NCBI GenBank assembly: GCA_963677485.1 | Contig: OY781964.1 | Span: 1,568,001-1,632,000, forward strand | Length of the DNA stretch: 64,000 nt | Direction: 5' to 3' | DNA from: Armatimonadota bacterium | Lineage (GTDB): Bacteria; Armatimonadota; HRBIN16 | In this document: positions 29,831 through 40,822 of the stretch, piece after piece | Position numbering within the stretch: position 1 is the stretch's first letter | How the letters are laid out: each line of letters begins with the position of its first letter | Position numbers and translations under genes: made by a program | The notes under the pieces: model-generated | What the model was told of the DNA's origin: nothing | The model's input: the letters and a program-made list of their open reading frames with translations, nothing else | Databases searched by the model: none

Positions 29831-31915
29831 TCAGTTCACTGGGATCAACCGCAACTCGAACACATCCACTGGCTGCCACCCGCCGTGATCGGGGCCCTTG
29901 GTGAGTGAGATGACGCTCTTACCCGCCTTCTCTATACGCAGAGTGCCCATGTCCATTGTCCTAATTGAGCTGTCGCCCCATGTGGCAGTAGGTGCTACAG
30001 ACAGAGTCACAGCCTTCGCACCGTCGCATTTTGCGGTGAGTTCCGCACCACGCGCATCGGCACAGGTGTAACTCAGTTGGAGCCGATAGTCGCCAGCTTT
30101 CGGCACCGCGATCTCCCACTCCACTGATTCACCTGCATACCATCCGCGGATATTGACCCGACCTGATTCGGTGTTGCCATTGGCTACGTTGGAGCCCACA
30201 AACCGCTTCACGTCGGTGGGCAAAAGCACGAAACTGCCGGATGCATCCGCTTCCATGCTGGTATCCACCGGCCCAAACTCAAAACCGCTCAGTTTAAAGG
30301 GGTAGGCATAGATACTCGGCCGCTGAAAAGGCTGAAGTTTGGGTGTTTCGATGGTGATCTGCCCATCTTTGATGCTGTATTTCAGCTTATGCTTGTCCCC
30401 GAGCAGCGTCACTGAGGCGTTGGGGTTCGCTTTAGTAATATTGACCCGATGCAGTGTCAGCGGCTGGTGATCTTTGGGCCACTGCATGGCGATGGCATAC
30501 AGATCCTTCTGGTCTTTGCTCATGGTGTAACGCACAGAGACCGCGGCATCGGTGCGATAAGCGCCTGACAGATCAGGCCCCTCTCCGAAAAGCTGATAGG
30601 GGCGTGAGCTGTAGATCGCCTCCCCGTTTACTTTCAGCCACTTGCCGATCTCTCGGAAGGTATCCTGCACGATGTCGGGGATGGTGCCATCTGGGCGCGG
30701 TCCGATGTTCAGCAGTAGGCATCCATTCTTGCTGACCACATCCACCAACTGATCGATGCACCACTGCGGACCGCGGAAGCTATCATCACGCTTGTAGCCC
30801 CAGTTCTGCTGCGTGGTGGTGTCGGTCTGCCATGGCTGCTCGCGGATCTGGGCCAGCGCGCTTTGCTCCAGGTCCAGCACGGCCGCCTCGGTGGGGTAGG
30901 CATTGCCCTTGTAGTTCAACACCACGTCCTTGCCCCAGTCCTGAGCACGGTTATAGTAGTGTGCCGCGATTTTAGCGCGGTAGTCGGCGAAGGTGGGCCG
31001 GTCGATACCGGCATCGAACCAGAGCAGATCAGGCTTGGTCAGCTCGATCAGCTCAATCGTGCGCCAGAACTCATCGGCGTCGTAGTTGGTATCTTTAGGA
31101 GGCCACTCATGGTGGTCGTGCGGCACGCCATACAGCTCCACATTAGCGGGGTCCATCGTGTCAAACTCCGGTTTGAAGGTGTACCACAGCCAGTGCCAGG
31201 CATAGTGCGAGGAGACGCCAAACTTCATGCCCTTCTTGCGCACGGCCTTGCCCAACTCCACCGCGACGTTGCGCTTTGGCCCCATCTTCGCGGCGTTCCA
31301 CTTGGAGAAGGAGGTGTCGTACATCGCAAATCCGTCGTGATACATCGCTACCTCGACTACATACTTCGCGCCGCACTCTTGGAAGAAACTCGCCCACTCA
31401 TCGGGGTTCCACTTCTTCGCTGAGAACTGCGGGATGAAATCCTTATAGCCGAAGGTGTCTTGGTTGCCGTAGGTCTCGCGATGATGATCGTAGATGGTGC
31501 CATAGACGGCATCACGCAGACCAGCATCGACATCTTCAAATGGCTGGTACATGAATCGCCCGTAGTCCGCGGTGCCGTAAGCGGGCACGGAGTAGACGCC
31601 CCAGTGCAGGAATATGCCGAATTTGGCATCGCGGAACCACTCCGGCACCTGATACTGCTTCAGCGATTCCATCTCGGGCTTGAACGGGCCTTCCATGTCC
31701 AGTGGGTAATGAACGGCGTTCGGGCCGCTCCATGGGTTTTGGGTGCCTTTGGCGGGTTGTGTGTCTTTCATCTTCAACTCCTGGCACTGTGCATTCTGCA
31801 GCGTGATGAACATGAGGGCCAGCATCACCAGGCCGCTGCAGACCAAAGTTGTCCTGTGTGCGGGCCGCTTCGGTGCCATGCTTGCGGGCCCAGATTTTTC
31901 ATTGCGAACTGTCAT
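29831..31915 (-). CDS. GH29 alpha-L-fucosidase with C-terminal CBM6/35-like domain
   Basis: WFRDAKFGIFLHWG, HDGF, LWFD, VSKNGCLLLNIGP, WLKVNGEAIY. Confidence 0.92.
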   Translation of the reverse strand: MTVRNEKSGPASMAPKRPAHRTTLVCSGLVMLALMFITLQNAQCQELKMKDTQPAKGTQNPWSGPNAVHYPLDMEGPFKPEMESLKQYQVPEWFRDAKFGIFLHWGVYSVPAYGTADYGRFMYQPFEDVDAGLRDAVYGTIYDHHRETYGNQDTFGYKDFIPQFSAKKWNPDEWASFFQECGAKYVVEVAMYHDGFAMYDTSFSKWNAAKMGPKRNVAVELGKAVRKKGMKFGVSSHYAWHWLWYTFKPEFDTMDPANVELYGVPHDHHEWPPKDTNYDADEFWRTIELIELTKPDLLWFDAGIDRPTFADYRAKIAAHYYNRAQDWGKDVVLNYKGNAYPTEAAVLDLEQSALAQIREQPWQTDTTTQQNWGYKRDDSFRGPQWCIDQLVDVVSKNGCLLLNIGPRPDGTIPDIVQDTFREIGKWLKVNGEAIYSSRPYQLFGEGPDLSGAYRTDAAVSVRYTMSKDQKDLYAIAMQWPKDHQPLTLHRVNITKANPNASVTLLGDKHKLKYSIKDGQITIETPKLQPFQRPSIYAYPFKLSGFEFGPVDTSMEADASGSFVLLPTDVKRFVGSNVANGNTESGRVNIRGWYAGESVEWEIAVPKAGDYRLQLSYTCADARGAELTAKCDGAKAVTLSVAPTATWGDSSIRTMDMGTLRIEKAGKSVISLTKGPDHGGWQPVDVFELRLIPVN

Positions 31916-31923
31916 CTTGACGG

Positions 31924-33351
31924 TTAGTTCTCAGCGAATGGGTGGCGCCGCACGATCTTGAACACGAAAGCATGCTCGCACGGTCTCACGCTGGGGGTCT
32001 CTATGCTCAGCCCCTCTTTCATCATCTCCCACTTCAACTCCCTACCGTCACCAAGCATGGTGATGGAGGCGATTTCAGATGGATACAGACCGGGCCAGTT
32101 CAATTGCGGTGCCAGGCTCTTGATCAGCAGCTTCTCGCCAGGCCAGTTGAGGGCTGAGGCATAGAGTATACTATCCTTCACCGTGAAGCGGATGTCCTCA
32201 CCGGTGTAGCGCAGGTCGTTCTTCTCGTTGAAGCCGCCGCTGGTCTCCAGTTTGGTCGGACCCTCTCCTGCCACGCACCAGGGGGTGGTTCCGTAGATCG
32301 CCTCGCCATTGACCTTCAGCCATTCGCCCATGCCCAGCAGCAGCCTTTTCGCCTCATCCGGGATGGTGCCGTCGGGTCTTGGGCCGACATTGAGCAGCAG
32401 GTAGCCGTTCTTGCTGACGCGGTCCACGAGGTTGACGACGAGGTTCTCAACGGTCTTGAACCCGAGCCCCTTCACATATCCCCACCCCTGACCATCATCA
32501 ATAGTGGTGTCGGTGATCCACTCGTAGTAGGTCAGGTTCGCTTCCTGTCCCAGCTCCAGATCAAGCAAGCCAGCACCAGGCGGTAGATGGTGGTCTTTAT
32601 ACGAAACCACTACCTCCTTGTGCTGGGCGGCTGCTTGATTGTAGTAATACACCAGCATTTCTTGTTTGTAGCTGTCAGGAACCCCATTTAGCCCAAAGTC
32701 GAACCAGATGTAGTCAGGCCCATATTTGTCGATGACTTCGAAGATTTTTCCCTTCCATTGGTCAAGAAAGGCCTGTGTGGGCACCGCGCCCTCGTCGTGG
32801 ATGGGGCCATACAGGCCCGAATAACGCGGGTCGCTGCAGTCGTAGCGTTTATCCCATGTGGGGAAGTAGAACCAGTTTTCCGCATGGTGGAAGGCGGTGA
32901 CGAATTTCATACCGTGATTCTTGATCGCGATGGCGAGTTCGCCCACCACATCCCGTTTTGGGCCCATTTTCGCGGCGTTCCAATCGGAGTACTTCGTATC
33001 CCACATGGCGAATCCGTCGTGATGCTCCGCCACCGGACCAGCAAACCGGGCTCCAGACTTTTGGAACAGCTCAGCCCACTCATCGGCGTCGTAATGCTCA
33101 CCAGTAAACATGGGAATGAAGTCTTTATAACCGAAGGTATCCAGTGGACCGTAGGTCGCTTCCTGGTATTTTCGCTCCGGCCCATCAGGATTCATGTAAA
33201 AGTTGTGGGCATACCAGGTGCAGTTCGGACCTTGTGCAGGGACAGAGTAAACCCCCCAGTGGGTGTAAATCCCGAACTTGCCATCCCGCAGCCACTGCGG
33301 TGTGGGCACACTCTTTAGCGAATTCCAGCTTGGTTGATAGGGTTGTTCCAT
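31924..33351 (-). CDS. GH29 alpha-L-fucosidase without a signal peptide
   Basis: DGKFGIYTHWG, EHHDGF, IWFD, VSKNGYLLLNVGP. Confidence 0.95.
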   Translation of the reverse strand: MEQPYQPSWNSLKSVPTPQWLRDGKFGIYTHWGVYSVPAQGPNCTWYAHNFYMNPDGPERKYQEATYGPLDTFGYKDFIPMFTGEHYDADEWAELFQKSGARFAGPVAEHHDGFAMWDTKYSDWNAAKMGPKRDVVGELAIAIKNHGMKFVTAFHHAENWFYFPTWDKRYDCSDPRYSGLYGPIHDEGAVPTQAFLDQWKGKIFEVIDKYGPDYIWFDFGLNGVPDSYKQEMLVYYYNQAAAQHKEVVVSYKDHHLPPGAGLLDLELGQEANLTYYEWITDTTIDDGQGWGYVKGLGFKTVENLVVNLVDRVSKNGYLLLNVGPRPDGTIPDEAKRLLLGMGEWLKVNGEAIYGTTPWCVAGEGPTKLETSGGFNEKNDLRYTGEDIRFTVKDSILYASALNWPGEKLLIKSLAPQLNWPGLYPSEIASITMLGDGRELKWEMMKEGLSIETPSVRPCEHAFVFKIVRRHPFAEN

Positions 33352-33828
33352 TGATATCCCTCCGTGTCAGAGCATCTGTCTAGAATACCGAATGATGCTT
33401 TTCTATCTACGAGCTCCGATGACTAGTGAATTGGTGCATCGTATGTAATGTACAGGTTCCACGTTGCTCAGTCCATTCCCTATCATTCTGTGCGTTTGTA
33501 CTATGTTTCTGTTTGTGGTCATAGAGTCCTCAGGCCGATAGGGGATGACTTGAACTGTGGATTGTGATTTCCCCTGCCGACCAAGTTCAACAAGGAACTA
33601 GACCGGCGCGGTATGGCGTTGGCTGCTGCCCCCACCGCCTTCCGGTAGGGCGAATTCAGTACGATATCTAGTCATATACAGATAAAAATGCTGCTTTAAA
33701 CACAAAAAACACAATATATACCTCGCAATGAGGTACATTTAGATATCTTTTGCTTCTGAACGAGATCAGGATCACCCCCTATATCGCCTATAGAACGTAA
33801 CTGAATGGCACGATGAGGTATTACGACG

Positions 33829-36687
33829 ATGGCTGATGCAGAAATCCGCTTCCTGTTGGTGTGTCTTTCAGACACGTTGAATGACGAAATACGTAGAGCG
33901 GCATCACACGTCGATAGCATCAGTTTGACTTGTGAAACAACAGATGATCAACAGCAGGCGTTGCTAGATGTGATCTCTGGTTCGTTTGACCTGTTCATCG
34001 TGGGAAATCGGCACGATGATGATCTGACCGTATCGTGGTTAAAGCAGGCCATTCAAGCAGACCCCACTGCCCAACTGGTCGTAATTTCCGAATCGTCTGA
34101 TCCTCAGTATGCCTCGGATGCATTCGCAGCGGGTGCATTCGACTGTTTGTCTGCTGCTGATATCACTCAAGATACTCTTCGCCGCATCTGTCGGTATGCG
34201 CGTGAACGCAAGGGGCTAATTCATAAGGTAGGAACCGCTGAGCTGCGGTATCAAAAAGTCTTTAACAATAGTCCATACTCAATCATCCTATCTAGTGCCG
34301 CTACCGGTCTTTTAGTGGAGGTGAACGACAGGTTCATCCGAGAGACAGGCTACCGCACGGATCAACTTATTGGCGTAGGGATAGAGGAGCTAGGTCTGTA
34401 TGTAGATTTCGCACAAAGACAGCGGTTGATTGATGATGTCAAGGCAAACGGATTTGTCAGCAATCGGCAAATTGAACTGCGGATGGCATCTGGAGAGATA
34501 AGGCAGTGCCTGGTCTCATCGTGCATGCTCAATGCGTCGAATGAAGACCAACTACTGAGTATGCTGGTAGACATCTCACAGAAGTCGATTACTGACAAAG
34601 ATTTGGCGCTCAAAGATGAGCTGCTGCATTCTACGGGACGCATGGGTAGAATCGGCGGATGGGAATTTGATACGGACACCATGACAGGAACGTGGACTGA
34701 GGAGGTATCGCGGATTCATGACCTGGATCCGTCAGACTCGACAAATGTGGAGTTGGGCATCAGCTTTTATGTGGGCCAGTCACGCGTTTTAGTGACCAAC
34801 GCCATCCAACAGGCCATCAGTTCTGGAACCCCCTACGACCTCGAGCTGGAGCTGGTGACGGCCAGAGGAGCTCATAAGTGGGTGCATACGATTGGACATC
34901 CAGTGGTGGAAAATGGCAAGGTGGTGAAGGTTCGAGGGATCTTCCAGGATATCACGGAACTGAAAGAAGCAGAGATGGCCAGGCTTGCCGTAGAGGATCG
35001 GTTCCGCAGGGCGATCGTGAATGCACCGATACCGATTATGATTCACGCTGATGATGGTGAGATACTGCAGATCAGCGATGTCTGGACGGAATTGACAGGT
35101 TATACCCATGCGGAAATCCCCACTATGCCGGATTGGGTCACAAGGGCATATGGTGCTAATCATCATAATGTATTAGCCAACATCAACGCCACATATGGTC
35201 TACGAGGCCGTGTTGATGAGGGTGAATATGAGGTCACGACCAAAGATGGCCGCAAACTAGCCTGGGCCTTTAGTTCATCAAGTCTGGGGCAGTTACCCGA
35301 TGGGCGTCACGCGGCGGTCAGTATGGCCATGGATATCACCAACCGAAAAGAGGCGGAAGAGGCACTGCGGCGTACCGAAGTTCGACTGCACAACATAATA
35401 GAGGTGCTGCAATACAATGAACCGTCCACACAGGCATTCCTCGATTTGGCACTTGACAAGCTGGTGCAGCTGACCAGCAGCAAGCTTGGATATATCTACA
35501 CCTATAGTGAACAAACGCGGCAGCTTGCGTTGAACGCATGGTCCAAGGATGTGATACAGGAGCGCGATGTGGCATCTCCGCTTTCATGTGACGATCTGGA
35601 CAAAGCCGGTATATGGGGTGAGGCCGTCAGGCAGGGCAAGCCTGTCATGCTGAACGACTTTCAAGCTCAGCATCCGCGAAAAATGGTGCAGTCTGAGGGG
35701 CATGTTGTACTGACGAAATTCCTAACCATTCCGGTATATGATGTCGGACAGATTGTCGCGGTGGTTGGTGTAGCCAATAAAGAGGCCGACTACGATGAAA
35801 TGGATGTAATCCAACTGACATTAATGATGGACGCGGTTTGGAAGGTAGTCGAACATAGGCGTTCTGAAGAGGCTTTAAAGCGCATTGAATGGATGCTATC
35901 TCAGAACAGATCCGATGACAGAAATTCCAAATCGAACCGTGTCATCACTCCCCAGGAAGCAAGGATCGGTATTCAGAATGTCTCACACGTGATTATGGAC
36001 GCGGTGGATGAGCATACACTGGATGACATCATGAGTGATTGCCTCGACATGTTGGGTACATCCGCCTTTGTCTATGAGACGAATGGCGACTGCGCTTGGG
36101 CGAAACTGAGCTCTTCCTGGTGCAAGTGTCTGTATCAAGCCTCCTTTAAGTTATGTGAAACAGACGATACCGCGACGGCTAAGTCATGTGATCTATGGCA
36201 CTGTCGGACCTCGAACTGGTGTGATTCGGCCATGAAGGCCATTGTTAATAAGACCCCCGTCGATATCAAATGTGCTGGGGGGATACGGGTATATGCGATT
36301 CCGATCATGTCAGGCGGCGAAGCGGTAGGTGCCATCTCCATAGGCTACGGCGACCCTCCGGCTGACCAGGCCGTTCAATTGCAGTTGGCCGAAAAGTACC
36401 AAGTGCCTGCCCACCAGATATCAGCCTACGCCTCAGCCTATGAGACACGCCCTCCGTTCATTGAAGCCATCGCCAGACGTCGCTTAGAATCGATAGCCCG
36501 CCTGATTGGCGAAATGGTGAACAGGAAACGAGCTGAGCGAGAGTTGGCGCTGCAGCTTGACGAACTTCAACGCTGGCATGAAGTGACCCTGAACCGCGAA
36601 ATGCGGGTAATAGAACTAAAGCGTGAGGTGAATGAGCTGTTGGAGCAGGCTCGGTTACCCATCAGATACGAGAGCGCAGACCGATAA
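33829..36687 (+). CDS. Multi-sensor protein: pseudo-receiver, 3xPAS, GAF, PocR and C-terminal coiled coil; no output domain
   Basis: PAS/PAC ends (QDITE, MDITNRK); GAF (FLTIPV...VVGVANK...YDEMD); Cys-rich PocR-like region; ends REMRVIELKREVNELL. Confidence 0.8.
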   Translation: MADAEIRFLLVCLSDTLNDEIRRAASHVDSISLTCETTDDQQQALLDVISGSFDLFIVGNRHDDDLTVSWLKQAIQADPTAQLVVISESSDPQYASDAFAAGAFDCLSAADITQDTLRRICRYARERKGLIHKVGTAELRYQKVFNNSPYSIILSSAATGLLVEVNDRFIRETGYRTDQLIGVGIEELGLYVDFAQRQRLIDDVKANGFVSNRQIELRMASGEIRQCLVSSCMLNASNEDQLLSMLVDISQKSITDKDLALKDELLHSTGRMGRIGGWEFDTDTMTGTWTEEVSRIHDLDPSDSTNVELGISFYVGQSRVLVTNAIQQAISSGTPYDLELELVTARGAHKWVHTIGHPVVENGKVVKVRGIFQDITELKEAEMARLAVEDRFRRAIVNAPIPIMIHADDGEILQISDVWTELTGYTHAEIPTMPDWVTRAYGANHHNVLANINATYGLRGRVDEGEYEVTTKDGRKLAWAFSSSSLGQLPDGRHAAVSMAMDITNRKEAEEALRRTEVRLHNIIEVLQYNEPSTQAFLDLALDKLVQLTSSKLGYIYTYSEQTRQLALNAWSKDVIQERDVASPLSCDDLDKAGIWGEAVRQGKPVMLNDFQAQHPRKMVQSEGHVVLTKFLTIPVYDVGQIVAVVGVANKEADYDEMDVIQLTLMMDAVWKVVEHRRSEEALKRIEWMLSQNRSDDRNSKSNRVITPQEARIGIQNVSHVIMDAVDEHTLDDIMSDCLDMLGTSAFVYETNGDCAWAKLSSSWCKCLYQASFKLCETDDTATAKSCDLWHCRTSNWCDSAMKAIVNKTPVDIKCAGGIRVYAIPIMSGGEAVGAISIGYGDPPADQAVQLQLAEKYQVPAHQISAYASAYETRPPFIEAIARRRLESIARLIGEMVNRKRAERELALQLDELQRWHEVTLNREMRVIELKREVNELLEQARLPIRYESADR

Positions 36688-36700
36688 TGGAGAATGACGA

Positions 36701-39700
36701 ATGCGGATGAATCAATCGTTGATTACAAAACGGGACAAGCTGGTCATATTCATTATTGCGGTCGCGTTTGGACTTCTGGCAATACTAGGTATCGTGCTCA
36801 ATAATCGGATACTCGCGGGAATCTACTCATATCGGTATGAAGAACTGAAGGCGATTGCAGACATAAAGTGTCGGCAAATCGTGCAGTGGCGGACTGATAC
36901 CATAGACCACATTCGGCTGATCACCCAGACTGAAAGTATGAAGGGTGATCTGACAAGGCTACTAACCAACCCCCATGATATCAACGGCCAACAGCACTTA
37001 CAGGCTGTTTTACAGGCGGTCGTCAAGTATGCTGACTACCAAAACGCCCTGATCGCCACTCCAAACGGACAGGTCATCGGCTCAGCCGATGGCAAGCTCA
37101 TCACTCTGCACCCACTCTCACTAAATTTGGTCATTGAAGTATGTCGCCAAAAACGGGCTATGATCAGTGGAGTGGCTGTGAACTCGGCATTCCAGCTAGA
37201 ATCGCTTGATGCGGCCGGACCGATAGTCGATGAGCACGGACAGGTCATGGCTGTTTTGTTGTTGCGGACAAACCCCGACAAAACTTTCTTGCCAGATATA
37301 GCCCGATGGACAGCACCCAGTAAGAGCCTTGAGATATTTTTGCTGGAGCGGTTTGGCAACGAGGTGGTCTACCTAAACCACTCACATATTCAAGGCAGTC
37401 TATCGCAGCGTCTCCATATACCCATATCGGGGGACGACATAAGCTCGTTGATGGTGGTCAATGGGCGTATAGGGATGTACAAAGGTTATGACTACCGTGG
37501 TGTGCCCATCTTGGCGGATCTGCGTCCCATCCCAGGCAGCCCATGGTATATGGTTGTCAAGGTCGATAAGCGGGAAATCACCGCGGAACACTGGTATATC
37601 AGCCGCTTGATCGGAGGGTTGGTGTTTCTAGGCCTGGCTGTGCTTGGAGCTGTCTTTTTCTTCGTCAATGCCCGAAAACAACAAGGAGTTTATGCTCAGT
37701 TATATCAGCTTGAGCGAGGCCACCGTGAGGCGATAGAACAGATTCGCACGATGTTTTACGCTATTGGTGACGGCGTGATCGCTACAGACGCGCGAGGTCT
37801 CGTGATCAGAATGAATCGAGTAGCGGAAAACCTGACGGGCTGGCAAGAGAAAGAGGCGATAGGCCAGCCGTTGGCTGACGTGTTTAAAGTCATCAGTGAA
37901 ATCACACGACATGCTCTGGAGACCCCGGTCATGCAAGTGGTGCGAACGATGCAGATCACTGGCATGGCAAATCATGCTCTGTTGGTCCATCGTGATGGGA
38001 CAGAACGCCCCGTTGCGGACAGCGGCTCACCTATATTTGGCGAAACAGGCCGGCTGATTGGGGTTGTGCTGGTTTTTCGTGATCAGAGCGCCGAAAGAGC
38101 GTCGCGGAATGCATTGGCCTTCCGTGAGGAATACATCCGCTCGATACTGGGTTCTCTGGATGCCAATATCTGTGTCATTGACCAAAACGGTGTCATCACC
38201 GCCGTGAATAGCATGTGGGAGCAGTTTGCACTCGATAATGGAGCCGTGGGAAATGTCGGCGTAGGGGCTAATTACCTGGATGTGCTGCAGGGATTGTATG
38301 GTCAGGGAGATGACGTCATCGACAACACCCTGACCGGAATCCGAAAAGTTCTGGCAGGGGAAATCAAGCGATTTCGCATCGAATACCCGTGCCACACCCC
38401 GTTTGAACGAAGGGATTTCATGCTACATGTCACGCCACTAGTTGGAGTGGCATCTGGTGCAGTACTGGCCCATGTGAATATCACCGAGCAAAAGCAGGCC
38501 GATGAACGACGCGAACTGGTGCTGCAGATACTAGCGGCCCTGAACAGCGACCTGGAAATCAAACAGCAGATCAGACAGATCCTGGAGCTCATACGAGCTT
38601 ACACAGGGATCGAAGGCCTTGGACTACGGATAAAGGAAGGCGACGACTACCCATATGTGGAATCACTGGGGCTGTCGGAGGATTTCATCAAGAATGACGG
38701 CAAGCTTTTGGCTCGAACCAGTACAGGAGAGATCGTCAGAGACAGTCACAACCAGCCTGTATTGGAGTGTATATGCGGTGCGCTGGTGTGCAATAAGCTG
38801 AATGTGAAAGGGCCGTTATTCACCGAATACGGCAGTTTCTGGACAAACCGACTCACCGTCGACTCGGAGTATATTGATTGGACCGGAGTACAAGGGCAGA
38901 AACGCAACGAATGCCAATTAGCCGGGTATCAATCAGTGGCAATTATCCCCTTGAAGTATAACCAGGCGGTGATCGGACTGATACATCTCAACGACCACCG
39001 TCCACACCGATATACCCTTGAAGACATCCATTTCCTTGAAGGAATCAGTGCCAGTATCGGCATCGCCATGGCTCGCAGGCGGTCGTCTGAACAGGTAGCT
39101 CAAGCGCGGGCCGAGGCGATGCAACTGCTCGACAATGCTGAGAAATCACGCCGGGCTCTGCTCAGTATGATGGAAGACCAAATGCGGGCCGAACAACAGA
39201 GAGAAGCACTGGAAGCTCAGATACGCCAGCAGCAACGTCTTGAGGTTGTGGGGCAGATGGCAGCCGGGGTGGCACATGATTTTAACAACCTGATGACCGG
39301 GATATATGGGTTTACCCAGTTTGCGATTGAAGCCGCAGAGGAAGGCTCCTCCCAGCGTGAAGACCTGGGCGAGGTTCTAGCTCTGGCTAAACGAGCGGCC
39401 GATCTCACCCGTCAGTTGCTGGCATTCAGCCGTAAACAAACGCTGCTTATCACATCGGTTGATATCAACGGTCTGATTGAAAACGAGCTAAAGATGCTAC
39501 AGCGTATCATCGGAGAGCAGATTGATATCAGCTTCACACCATCACCTGCAGCAGGCATCATTAAGGCGGACTCAGGCCAGATTGAGCAGGTGATTATGAA
39601 TCTGGCTGTGAATTCGCGTGATGCCATGCCTGACGGGGGTAGAATACATATTTCCACCTCGATTGAATATATCGAACCCGAGGATGTGCCGCGGTTGGAA

Positions 39701-40381
39701 GACGTGCTGCCGGGTGACTATGTGGTGATCACCGTTGAGGACAACGGAAGCGGTATGACCGCTGATGTTTGTGAACGCGTATTTGAGCCGTTCTTTACCA
39801 CCAAAGAGTTTGGCAGCGGTCTAGGCTTGCCAACCGTATACGGCATTATCAAGCAGCATGATGGGCATATCTGGGTTGAAAGCGAGTTGGGAAAAGGTAC
39901 CAAGATCACCATTCTTCTTGCGCTGGTTGAAGAACGGCCTGCTTCACAGACGGAGCAGCCTGATAACAGCTCACCATCAGGCCGTGAGACCGTGCTGATA
40001 GTTGAAGATGAAGAGGCTGTACGGGCCATCACCGCACGGATCCTTAGGCGGCAGGGATATCATGTGCTTACGGCAAATTCGCCGTCTCAAGCGAAGCAGA
40101 TACTGGCCGCAAGCGGCCAATCTGTGGCGATCATGGTGACCGATGTGGTGATGCCGGAATCCAGCGGAATACAGCTTTATGAATCTGTCAGTGAGCAGTA
40201 TACTCAGATGAAGGTGTTGTATATGTCTGGTTACCCAGAGGCATCTACAACCCAGCAGTACCGGATGCCTCATGGCAAGCCATACCTTCAGAAACCATTC
40301 ACCTTCAAGGCACTGGCCGCCAAAGTTCGTGAAGTGCTGGATGGTATAGTTGTTCCACCCGGTCATACTGAGGGGGATTAG
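36701..40381 (+). CDS. Membrane hybrid sensor histidine kinase (Cache-like, PAS, PAS, GAF, HisKA, HATPase, REC)
   Basis: Two TM segments; GVAHDFNN, MNLAVNSRDAM, DNGSGM, FEPFFTTK; receiver VEDE...TDVVMP...LQKPF. Confidence 0.93.
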   Translation: MRMNQSLITKRDKLVIFIIAVAFGLLAILGIVLNNRILAGIYSYRYEELKAIADIKCRQIVQWRTDTIDHIRLITQTESMKGDLTRLLTNPHDINGQQHLQAVLQAVVKYADYQNALIATPNGQVIGSADGKLITLHPLSLNLVIEVCRQKRAMISGVAVNSAFQLESLDAAGPIVDEHGQVMAVLLLRTNPDKTFLPDIARWTAPSKSLEIFLLERFGNEVVYLNHSHIQGSLSQRLHIPISGDDISSLMVVNGRIGMYKGYDYRGVPILADLRPIPGSPWYMVVKVDKREITAEHWYISRLIGGLVFLGLAVLGAVFFFVNARKQQGVYAQLYQLERGHREAIEQIRTMFYAIGDGVIATDARGLVIRMNRVAENLTGWQEKEAIGQPLADVFKVISEITRHALETPVMQVVRTMQITGMANHALLVHRDGTERPVADSGSPIFGETGRLIGVVLVFRDQSAERASRNALAFREEYIRSILGSLDANICVIDQNGVITAVNSMWEQFALDNGAVGNVGVGANYLDVLQGLYGQGDDVIDNTLTGIRKVLAGEIKRFRIEYPCHTPFERRDFMLHVTPLVGVASGAVLAHVNITEQKQADERRELVLQILAALNSDLEIKQQIRQILELIRAYTGIEGLGLRIKEGDDYPYVESLGLSEDFIKNDGKLLARTSTGEIVRDSHNQPVLECICGALVCNKLNVKGPLFTEYGSFWTNRLTVDSEYIDWTGVQGQKRNECQLAGYQSVAIIPLKYNQAVIGLIHLNDHRPHRYTLEDIHFLEGISASIGIAMARRRSSEQVAQARAEAMQLLDNAEKSRRALLSMMEDQMRAEQQREALEAQIRQQQRLEVVGQMAAGVAHDFNNLMTGIYGFTQFAIEAAEEGSSQREDLGEVLALAKRAADLTRQLLAFSRKQTLLITSVDINGLIENELKMLQRIIGEQIDISFTPSPAAGIIKADSGQIEQVIMNLAVNSRDAMPDGGRIHISTSIEYIEPEDVPRLEDVLPGDYVVITVEDNGSGMTADVCERVFEPFFTTKEFGSGLGLPTVYGIIKQHDGHIWVESELGKGTKITILLALVEERPASQTEQPDNSSPSGRETVLIVEDEEAVRAITARILRRQGYHVLTANSPSQAKQILAASGQSVAIMVTDVVMPESSGIQLYESVSEQYTQMKVLYMSGYPEASTTQQYRMPHGKPYLQKPFTFKALAAKVREVLDGIVVPPGHTEGD

Positions 40382-40515
40382 CAGTTGAATCAGTCAACGT
40401 GAGGATATGCTTCGAATCGATGAGCCTAGTTGATCATCGATTGCGGTAGATTCCGCGGGTTAGTAGCCCGATTCCGTTTCCCGTAATACAATATGCAGGA
40501 TAGATGCCTTCCGGG

Positions 40516-40723
40516 CACCCACGGAGTGGGTAAGATTCTTATAGCCACGGGTGAGCGCCAGCGTAACCCGTGGAGGGCAGTCAGAAACCATCTACCCACG
40601 AACGTGGGTCGGATGCCGTGACCATCAGGTGCGACCCACTTCGGGGTAGGATTATTTGCGGTTTACCAGGGGTTGCGCTTCGCTTACCCCTGGCTGTAAT
40701 GAATCTTACCCACTCCGTGGGTG
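40516..40723. repeat. 208-bp REPIN/MITE-like element with perfect 23-bp terminal inverted repeats
   Basis: cacccacggagtgggtaagattc ... gaatcttacccactccgtgggtg; the internal part recurs at ~63160-63251. Confidence 0.85.
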
Positions 40724-40822
40724 GCCGTAACGTATCTGTCGTGCGGTATATTAGCGGGTTATTGAATGGAACCCTCAGCCCGCGCACGCGGGCATAATCA
40801 ACTAACCTGAGCGGTATATCCC

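Noticed and set aside
33352-33828. Riboswitch or sRNA in the long divergent intergenic region
   Set aside because: Only small hairpins; no conserved motif that I can recognise.
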